Part shown: piece after piece, positions 1-14,692 of the stretch
How positions within the stretch are numbered: position 1 is the first letter of the stretch
How the letters are laid out: every line of letters begins with the position of its first letter
Source of the DNA: Tubiluchus corallicola
Taxonomy: Eukaryota; Animalia; Priapulida
Assembly: GCA_030141605.1 (NCBI GenBank)
Contig: JAQGDQ010000308.1
Location: 62,001 to 126,000, forward strand
DNA: 64,000 nucleotides
Direction of reading: 5' to 3'
Position numbers and translations under genes: made by a program
The notes under the pieces: generated by a model
The model's database searches: none
The model's input: the letters and a program-made list of their open reading frames with translations, nothing else
What the model was told of the DNA's origin: nothing

Positions 1-56
1 TGACCATGTTTAATGGATTTATGTCAAAATAGCTTAAATGCAAAATACATTGTTAA

Positions 57-1060
57 AGGAAAAACTAACACTCGAATAACGTTCATTGCATTTTAATGAA
101 CACTTAGAAAAATTGAAATTACCACGTAATAACATTCCTAGATAAAAATGCAAAAGAAATTTAAATTTTTCTTATTGCCAGCCAAACAAACTTTTCCTTA
201 AATGGTGGGTAACGGGATTCACAAAAAGCAAAAGTACTGCTAATAATCTCTTGTTTAACGTTTTGAATTACTTGCACAGTAGTTGATAATAGTAACTGCA
301 ACTCCAAAAAAGCTTGCTCATGCACCTAGCAGCATAAGTGTTTATATTGCACAAACTGGATTTTCATTCAAAATGACATGTCCAAGGGGTACGTGACATT
401 TGGGCATGAGACGTTGGGGACGAGACATTTGAGCACGGGGATAATTGGGCATGAGACATTTGGGTACCCATAAAATTCAATGTTGTAATATAAATTCAAC
501 ATATATAGTTAAATGTGTTATAATTATTAAAACAAGTCAATTGACTTTACACTTTTTGCTTTTCCACTTTTGTTCTTTATACAATTTGCCGTATTTCTCG
601 CAAAATGTGTGATACATGTAATATACGCGTCAGCAACACAGCAATGCTTTTACACGTGCTAAGGGGGTTATAACTGTTTCAAGCTTTAATTACATGATCT
701 TGTTCAGAAAATAATCATTATTAAGTCTTATTAGAAAAACTTCAAATGTTTTAAAACTTGCATGGTAACATAGCAAGTTACAATTTTAACTTACTATAGG
801 CAGCACGGTCTGTAGCACTGTACACAGCAAATAATGTCACAGTGTTCTTGCATGACTGAGTTACATACGTAGCAGCATGTTGTGCATTTGTACTGGCGCC
901 AAAACGGTCGAGCCCAAACAGCCTGTCCACCGCTGATGTGATCGAAAATTGATTTTACTAATTACCCCAGGCACTTATCACAACTTTATTGCTAAAACAT
1001 TCTAACATTTGTCTCAAATATTAAAATTGGGTGAACTTCCTGACAGACAAGGTTTTTCCT
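57..1060. mobile_element. Kolobok-like non-autonomous DNA element (interrupted by a nested MITE)
   Basis: TTAA|AGGAAAAACT ... GGTTTTTCCT|TTAA termini; internal segments (about 322-360 and 946-1040) resemble a contiguous copy at about 34570-34735. Confidence 0.45.
386..931. mobile_element. MITE/foldback element with short tandem-repeat arms
   Basis: Left arm of about 13-bp GACATTTGGGCA-like repeats (390-470); inverted GCCCAAA-like repeats at about 895-930; splits a sequence that is contiguous at about 34600. Confidence 0.5.
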
Positions 1061-1156
1061 TTAAAAAGCCTAGGTCAATCAAATAAGTATGCATAGAAGT
1101 TACAATTAGCAAAACTTTTACAAGAATTTAAACTAATAGCAAACAAAAAAACAAAC

Positions 1157-6013
<4,857 letters not shown>

Positions 6014-6199
6014 GAATTGAAATTAACTGCCTCTTATCGGGTTTTGTTTCTTCAATTGATTGCAAAATATTGTACTGGAAAAAACAACATAAATTATAAT
6101 AATATAACAAACTATAACACTATAATGATGACAATGCCACTTTATTCCAGGCCCCTACTAATAAATATAAAATTGGGTCATCATAACGTTGACTGGGAT

Positions 6200-7325
6200 A
6201 TATAAAATGACACATGAAAAAATGGCACAAGAAAAAAATGTCACAAATGGAAAATGAGTAAAAATAGCACAGAAAAAATGGCACATATCTTACTTTGATG
6301 CAATTGATTTCTATAATAAAACTAAAATCCACTCAGTAGGAAGTAGATCTCTGCCAAAGCTGAACAATCAAAAACTTATTTGTCTAATTCTTTTGATTAA
6401 AAAAAATTAACTCAAAGATAAACAAGCACACATAAAAAACATACCTGTATTTGTATTACATAGATTAGCAAAAGACGACTAAAATATTTTGTCCACTACA
6501 TGGAATTATAATCAGTTATGCACGAATGTTCCACCAGTAGATAGTGTTTATCTACATTTCTTTAATCATTAATGATTGATGAAAGTAATAGACTGACTCA
6601 TACATAAGTACTTACATACCAAGTCAGCTTATAATATAAGCCTATACACATTAATAAGGTTACAAGGTTATAGACAGCATTACAGTTTTACGAGCAAATT
6701 TCTCGAAATGGAATGGGAACTAACTCGTAGTTGTTTGTCCAGGTGGAGATAACAAAAAAGAAGTACAAACACTTTCTCTGATACCTTCACAAATGTTCTT
6801 TTGGACATCATGAATATTTTTTGTATGTGGTGTTCAGTTAAGTTTTGCAAAAAAAGAACTGGCAAAAAGATTTCCATGTTGGCATCCTATACACACCTTT
6901 CTTCACAAAGTTTCTTGGAAATATGTTAGATGCGTAGACGGCTTACTGCCATATCAGACAAAAAGTAGCTAACGAGAGACAAAGAAACAAACTATGTTGA
7001 AGCATGACTTCCTTTGAAGAGCTAACGAGAGACAAAGAAACAAACTATGTTGAAGCATAACTTCCTTTGAAGAGATAAAAATAATTAACATAATTATCCT
7101 TCATTGTAACCCTAACTCTAAACACGTATTTTACTAAATGTGCCATTTTTTCCTATGCCATTTCACCTACATTTGCATTTGTGCCATTTTTTCTATGCCA
7201 TTTTTACAATGTCATTTTTTCCTGTGCCATTTTACCTACTTTTTCATTTGTGCCATTTTCTCCTGTGCCATGTTTACCATGCCATTTTTTCTGTGCCATT
7301 TTTACTTGTGCCATTTTTAAATGCA
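6200..7325. mobile_element. Foldback-like element with AAAATGGCACA repeat arms
   Basis: Arm 6204-6285 (AAAAATGGCACA-type repeats) is the inverted counterpart of arm 7139-7320 (TGTGCCATTTTT repeats). Confidence 0.65.
6968..7073. repeat. 53-bp tandem duplication
   Basis: GCTAACGAGAGACAAAG...CCTTTGAAGA x2, one mismatch. Confidence 0.95.
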
Positions 7326-7544
7326 TTCTTATAGTTCACAGCTTTTACCTTAGATTTAATGTAATTATAATAACCATAATAGAATTAACACCACAGCTGT
7401 GGAAAAGATCTTTTAATCTGGTTGGTTCTTGAACGATGTTGGTAATGTCACTCTGTAACAATCCAAAATAAAAGAGCACTATTTTCAACCATAGCAGTAG
7501 AAGATCTGGCACTTCTCTACTTCTAAGTCCATTATAATTCTGAC

Positions 7545-10500
7545 ATGACTTCTGTATCATGTTTAGTACCGGCTGTACTGCATCTGAGTCAAACAAGGGA
7601 TGTAGAAATAATAAAAGATCAATTTAAGGAATTGCAACAAGAACTTAAGAAGGTGTCAAGTGAGAACACAATTATAGGCATGAAACTCAGTGCACACTTG
7701 GCTGAAATAGTTAAGTTAGTCAAGAAAACAAGGTTTCTAAACTCAGAAAAAGAAAAGGGAGAGAAAGAGAATGCAGAAATAATTAAAAAGGATGAGATCA
7801 CGAAACTGAAACAAGAGGTGACAGATTTTAAGAATAGGTTTGAAAGAAAGGATGATGAGCTAAAAAAGCTTCAAGAGCATGTGGTGAACTAGAGGAAAAA
7901 TATAAAGAAAAAGCACAGAGGCAAGTGTACCTGTGTAGGAAGTTTGATTGGGGGTGACATGGGTATATATGAAGACAGATGAAAATTCAGGCATAGGTAT
8001 ACAGATAATGAACTGCAAGTAGTACAGCAGAGAGAGTACATGCAAACTGAGAGTAAAAACCAAAGAGGACATGATAAAAATGGTAGTAAGCCAGAGTATG
8101 AGACCAGAGGAATGAGTGACAGTCAAAAATATAAAAAGGTTAAAAAGTTAGGGATGTGGAAAAAGTAGAGGAAAGTCAGTATCAGCGTGATTATGAAATA
8201 AATCAAATTAATGAAATGACCAAAAAATGGATTCTGTAGTGCAACAAATGAGCACAACGGAAGAGTGGATTCAGAACAAAGAAATGTGGAATTATGAATA
8301 TCAGTTTCCAGCACTGGAGTCACAAAATATGGCAAATTGGCAGGCATATGTTCAGTATGCATAAAAGGGAGCTAAGGACATAAATAAAGAAGTTAAAAAA
8401 GTATAAAAATTTCAAATTTTTAGGCTAATTGTAGGGAGTGTATTAAAGCCAGAATAGATTCATTATTAGACGTAATGGAAGAAATTAGACCCTCAGTAGT
8501 TATGTGAACAGAAACACATTTAAGTAAAAATGAAACATTAGATATGCCTGGATTCATGTGTTTTTACAATAATAGAGAAAAATTTAAAGAGGTAGCAGTA
8601 AAAGAAGAACTAAAAAATGTAACAATCAATCTAAATAATGACATGGTTGATGGTGAAACAATGTTGGTAATAATAAATAATAACAGAATAAAATTAAGAG
8701 TTGGGTTAGTGTACGGACCACAAGGATCAAGAACAGACAGAAAACAAATAAAAAAATGTACGAAAAATAAAACAGCAAGTGAGAATTGCTAAAATAAACA
8801 GTCAAAAAACAATATTAGTAGGTGATTTTAATGCCAAAATTGGACAAAAATAAAAGGAAACAATGAAGAAAAAGATGGTCAAGTTAAATGCACATACACA
8901 GATCATAACTCTATAGTAGTGAACATGAACTGGATGAGAATATATAAAGAACAGGAAAAAGAAAAAAATGACACTTTTACCTTAAACAAACATAGACTAG
9001 AACAATTTAGGCAAAAACACAAAAAAGTGAACTAACAAAAATATGGGAAACAAGTGGTACAATTGAAGAACAATATAGCAAGTGGCAATAGGCGATATCA
9101 CTCATCATGGAAGAATGTTTTAGAAGTAAAAAGGAGAACCAATCAGACATGTAAGCAGACAAGGGTCAGTAGAATACTGATGAAACAAAAACGAGAGGTT
9201 AGAGATAAACTAAAAGGTACTAATGATGAAACCAAACGTAAAATACTACAAATAAGAGATTGGAAGAAATATTATATCATCACAATCAAGGAAGGTATTA
9301 TAATCAAATAAATATGTTCGTACAAGGAATAAAAAGGGAGTCAGTGTTAAATGCAAGTGCAGTTTTGGGAATTAAAAAAAACTGTGGAGTAGAAAAAAAG
9401 AAGATATGACAGGAAAATATGATGAACATGACGCATTAAAAGAAAACGTAGATGATATTTTAAGAATTTTCGAGAAATACTATGGAAGATTGTTGAGACC
9501 AAATGAGGCAATAACTTTAAAGAAAAAATGGCAGAAATGAGTGTAAACGAGAGGATTAGAATACTGAAAAAAATGGAAAAGAGGAAGAGTAAGAAAATCA
9601 CAGAGTAAGAGATTAGAGCTGAAACAGAGAATTAAAAAGCCGAAAATCACAAGATAGACATCAATGGAGAAATGAAATGTTAATGGAAGGAGAAGACGGC
9701 TTGATAAAAAGTTGGACATTAATGTTTAATAGAATACATGAAACAAGCTGTATTCCTGAAGGATGGAAGAAAATGACAATTAAATGGATATACAGAGATG
9801 GAGGGTCAAAAAGACAAATGTTAAATAGAAGAGGAATATGCCTAATGAGTATAATAAGTAAGCTGTATGAAAAGATTGTAATAAAGAGAAACTCTGGAGA
9901 GCAATATTAGCAACTTACAGTGTGGTGAAGCCCAGGGAAGTAGTACAGGTGGATTAGTAGAGGAAAGTATAATGTAATGATAGAATAAAAGAGAACAAAA
10001 TGGAATTCGTGATTTTAGATATTTTAAATATAGAAAAGGATGAAAATCTGGGATATAAGTCATTGGAGGCTAGGTTATTAACGTATGAGTCAATGGTAAT
10101 CCCAGCAATAATTAATAATAGTGAAACCTGGGCAAATATAATAAAAGGAGGATGGAAAAAATACAGAATAAAGCATTAAAGGGAATCTTAGACCAAAAGA
10201 AAACTACACCATATTGGGGTACGATGGAAGAAACAGGAACATGGCCAATGATGAATACAGTTGAATATAGAAAACTAATGTTTTTGCATAGTTTAGTCAA
10301 TGCCGATGATGAAAGAATAGCAAGAAAAGTGTTAATAGTGCAGAAAGAATGAGATTAGGAAAAATGTTGGTATGAAGTTATACAATAATGAGCGCAGTAC
10401 GATATTGACAATGGTAGAGAACAAATACAAGGATTAAAAAGTCACCTTGGAAAGAAATGGTAAAAGGCAAAATAAAAGAAAGAATAGAAGAAGAGTTTAA

Positions 10501-10860
10501 AACCAAAGTTGAAACAATGACAAAATTAAGATTTTTAAAGAGGACGACATCAAATTTTGGAAAACAAAAATATATAGAAAAAGAGTTAGAGGGAGGTCTA
10601 GTTATGAAAATTAGGCTAAATATCCTAGAATTAAAAAATAATTATAAATGTACAAATAAGGATAATGACAATTGTCCTTTGTGTTCACAAGAGATTGATG
10701 CAACGGAGCATTTATTTGCCTGCAAATGCTTGTCACATTTAATGGAAAGAGGAATTCATGCTGAAGATCTAATTGAAACAAATGTACAAGTGCTAAGAAG
10801 AATTAAGGAAGCGGCAATGGTCATGATGGAATACCGGAAGCAACAATTAAAGAAGTAGTC
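7545..10860 (+). mobile_element. Decayed APE-type non-LTR retrotransposon (ORF1 + ORF2 remnants)
   Basis: Coiled-coil ORF1 (7545-7892); endonuclease motifs TETH, GLVYGPQ, GDFNAKIG (about 8500-8845); RT N-part IPEGWK..RGICLMSIISKLYEKI (9677-9910); NNSETW (about 10115); C-terminal CPLC-x8-H-x3-C knuckle; many stops and frameshifts; strongly A-rich plus strand. Confidence 0.88.
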
Positions 10861-11237
10861 AACAAAAACTAGTGTTTTGTGCCTTGCACTGTAAGGGTGC
10901 ATACAATTCGTAGAGAGGAAGAATTGCATTTTAGTTTTTCCAGTGCACAAAAAGAAAGCATGCACAACTAGTTACACAGTACTTCGATCTTCATACTCAA
11001 CAAGCACTCTAGGCTCACAAAGTAGGCATACCAAGTTATGCAAGTCTGTGACAATTACTATCTAGTGTGACCTATGAAAGAATGCACTTCATGTCCAAAA
11101 TAATCAGCGGGAACCCACTCAAGCCAGTTAAAGCAAATACAAATGTTGTTAAAATACGCTGAGCAATACCAGGCAGACATGTTATAAGCAGGCCGGACAT
11201 CTATCATCAGCTAACTCAATCTATACATCTAAATACC

Positions 11238-11665
11238 TGTGAAAGTTATTTGTGAAGTTGAACTGGAACACTTGTAGAAAACAACTAAACACTAGATTAC
11301 ATGTTGGCACAAAACTGAAACACTTTTATTGCACTAAATACACAGTAAAATGCACAAGTAGAATGATGATAACTGCTGCACAGCACTGAGTGTGTGACAG
11401 AGAGACAGTGTGTCCCATGAGTTGTACGACTGCACTGCCTGAGACAGAGAGTGACTAGCAGTGAAATCTAGCCAGTTTATATAGGTTGAGAAGTATGCAA
11501 GAACTTGGCTTCACATATCCCATTACAGTAAAATAGGGGAGATACAGAGAGTTTGAATATTCACTGGACTGAACAATTGTGATAAGGGGTGAATTGAACT
11601 AGTAAATGTTAAAGTAACTAATCAATAGATGGCAGCACCTAAAATATACAGTTACAACTTTCACA
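11238..11665 (-). mobile_element. Solo LTR, 428 bp
   Basis: TG...CA ends with perfect 10-bp inverted termini TGTGAAAGTT/AACTTTCACA; 5-bp TSD ATACC (11233-11237, 11666-11670); minus-strand TATA (about 11476-11483) and AATAAA (11325-11330). Confidence 0.85.
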
Positions 11666-11806
11666 ATACCTCCCTAACACAACATGCAAATCTACAATAT
11701 TTTCTTTAAGCCACAATTTTCATAACTATTTGGAATTTTTGATGAATGGCGTTAAATTAATTGACTTTTAGTTACATTTCTTACATTCTTTCTATCAATA
11801 ACTTAC

Positions 11807-11951
11807 CAGAAAAAACTAATAATCAAATGGGATGATTCAGGTATGGAGTAAGCAATACGAGACATCTTCCGTATTTCTTATCTAAAACCAAAGCAACGAA
11901 CGAAGATTTTCGCTCTTTCTCGTTATAAATAGTGACAAATGGTAGTGACAG
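11807..11951. promoter_or_regulatory. Putative bidirectional promoter with divergent first exons (minus: TTC33/NUDT7, donor at 11806; plus: LSG1, donor at 11952)
   Basis: Two strong outward-facing donors (TG|GTAAGT on minus, AG|GTAAGA on plus) 145 bp apart; CTTCCG ETS-like site 11866-11871; TCT-initiator match CTCTTTCT 11913-11920; orphan acceptors just upstream of the ATGs at 6074, 4393 and 14679. Confidence 0.6.
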
Positions 11952-12233
11952 GTAAGAATTGTCTTAAGGCAAAAAACACTTGGCAAACCAAAAACAATTT
12001 GGATAACTAAGATAAATAAAGATGCTCAACAGCTTTAACCAGCTCTAGTTACAGGAGTTGAAGAACTTAGCTGTTGACTGCAGATAGGAGTTGGTGCTGT
12101 GCTCTATAATACCTGCTGTAAATCAACTCAATGATAATTAAATCAAGTTAAATCATTTATTGTTTATTCCATCGTACAACATTTAGTTAAAATTTAATAT
12201 GATGTATTATAGTGCACAATACTGATTGATGAT

Positions 12234-12400
12234 CATAGACATAGACATAGAAAATTTATTTTCTCCAATATAGTTTTATGGCAAACGTTTTAGTTAACAT
12301 ACATATTAAATAATTGTAATCACGTGACGTAGTAGGGTAAGGAAGGACCATAGGGTCACTCTAGTCTCCTGCCCTTTCATATAGCTAGACAGGTGTATTA
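12234..12400 (-). mobile_element. 3' end of L2/CR1-like LINE
   Basis: (CTATGT)n tail after AATAAA on minus strand, preceded by GACTAG..GACC..GGTC stem motif similar to the one at about 13530/14250. Confidence 0.45.
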
Positions 12401-12899
12401 AAAATAAACCATAATGCTGCAGTTAACAAAATCAAATAAGAAAAAAATAGTGCCAATTGTCAAAAAAAACAAAAATAATAGAATAGAATAAAGTTAAATT
12501 CATAAATCTAAGCAAAAGAATGCAATTTTGGGGACAACACAAAAGGATCGAAATTTTAATAATATAATAAATTTGTATTATGCTCTTATTTTAACTTGTA
12601 TAACACTACGCATATTATATATTTTAAAAAAGGCATTAAAAGCAAAACTTCACATTTTAAATGAACAATGAAAAATAGACAAACAAATTGTACTACTACT
12701 AGCATACTAAATCTCACATAACTTGCATGTGACTTAGCACAATAAACTTGAAAAAAATAAGAAGAAAACATTGTGCACTTTATGAACGTATTAAAATCAT
12801 GTAAACCAAAAATTCATGCAAAATCATAACCAAAATATAAATGCAATAATACTGAGCTAAATATTATTAATTAATTATAAAGTTCAAGAGTACCATCAG

Positions 12900-14360
12900 C
12901 AAAGTGGTTCAGTGTCTACAACAGATGGAATGAGTAACATATACTTTAATTAGAAAAATTGCTACCATTTATTTGCTGAATCGAATTTTTGATAAATTAC
13001 ATTCATGCATACCTAGAACTTGAACTGCTTACCAAACTGGTCATAATACTTCTGTTTATTCAGATCTCACAATGACCTGAAAGCAATAGACTGCCTCTTG
13101 AAACCATTCCAGATTCTTTCAGCTGTAGTTGAACTTGTTGTGTTTTTATACAATGCTTAGCTATGGATAATAAAAGTTAAACAGCAGAAGGAAATTGACC
13201 CTTTTCAAAGCCGTCTCTATAGTAAAGTGTTAAGAATTAAATGACCTGACAGAATCTCCAATGATGAATATCCTTCTTTTAGTGTCACTATTGCATAGCC
13301 AGGTTAATTTGCTAGCTATTTTGCTTTTAATTTGGTAGTTTTGCCCATGGAACTCTGCTTTACTAATTTTGTTTTCACTTCATTTTTGCTAAATTTGAAT
13401 CATTTTATTTACCATAATTGTTTGCTATCAATTTAATTTTGATCTGTTTTCCTATTCTAGTCTTTACTTTGTTCTAATAATATTTGCTTGCCATGCTGAA
13501 ATTAGTAGACTCACTATTTAGTGATGGCAGACTAGATCAGTGATTTTCAACCTTTTTTGAGCCATGGCACATTTTTTACATTTCCAAAATCCTCGGGCAC
13601 CACCACCATTTACAGACACGTGCGTGTTGAAACAATAGGCGGTCACGTGACCATTCTGACTGATGCGTCAGCACAGAAAGTGGTGAAATCTTGAAGTCTC
13701 ACGTAGCAGGCTAGTCACATAATCGTTCACGTCTCCTGCCTCCAAATTGTGGAATTCTTTGGCCCTACAATTATGCCTGATCAAGTCGATTAATAGTTCT
13801 AAAGAAGCCTGAAAACCTTCTATATTAATGAAGCTGTCTGTGGTTGATTGCCCGCAACACATTTACATTTGTATATATAGCAAACCTAAACTATGGTATA
13901 TCTAAACCAGTTATGTGCTCAAAGTAAACTGTATACGAATTTACTAAGCAAACATACAACAGCGATAATTCTTGTTTATTATTCAATCCCGCAGTGTTTT
14001 GAGAGTCAAGTATATTTCAAGTAATGATGCTGTACATAAACACTAATTCTATTGACTTTACAGGCATTTATCGCTTTCTGCTGCCACCCACTGAAATAAA
14101 AGAGGTTTACATTATCTGCCATACTTTATTACAGCACAGACACCCGACAATGGTTAATTAGGTGATATTAGATAATTTCCCACGGCACACCTGATGATCT
14201 CTCACAGCACATCAGTGTGCCGCGGCACACTGGTTGAAAAACATTGGACTAGATGACCTTCTGGTCTTTCGCCATCCCCGTCCTTCTCTAAATTTGTAAC
14301 TCATTGTTATATACTATCTATGTTTGTTATTCTGAAGGCAAAAAATAAATTATTATTATT
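12900..14360 (+). mobile_element. 3' part of L2/CR1-like LINE, interrupted by hAT MITE
   Basis: GACTAGATGACCTTCTGGTC stem motif, then AATAAA plus (ATT)n tail at 14344-14360; left boundary approximate. Confidence 0.45.
13538..14246. mobile_element. hAT (Charlie-type) MITE, 709 bp
   Basis: TIRs CAGTGATTTTCAACC / GGTTGAAAAACATTG; perfect 8-bp TSD GACTAGAT (13530-13537, 14247-14254); subterminal GGCACA repeats. Confidence 0.9.
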
Positions 14361-14692
14361 GATGCTCGGCATGATGTGATGATTTTCGGTGCCCAATAAT
14401 CCAGTCGTCGTCCGAATTGTCTGGGACCCAAGTATCTATAAACTGCTGATTTGAACCATTTTTAAATGGTCTTCTTTGAATGGTTTTTGAAAGAAAACGA
14501 TCTACTTTTAGAGCCACAGCTACCGATGTCCTTCATGACCAATCCTACAGAACTAGAGAAACAAACTGAAGTGTTATTTTGTGTTTGTATTTTAGTTGCT
14601 AAAAGAATAAAAAAATCATTATTAAAATTTATGCACAAGTTTATTTTACTGTTGCATAATTATGTTTGTTACATACAGTAAATTATTGAGCT

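Noticed and set aside
7138-7432. Cys/His/Phe-rich overlapping ORFs
   Set aside because: Translations of the TGTGCCATTTTT repeat arm of a foldback element
14376-14449. C/D box snoRNA candidate (GTGATGA...CTGA) in LSG1 leader intron
   Set aside because: No convincing terminal stem or recognisable rRNA guide; interior resembles the GCCCAA-type MITE arm repeats
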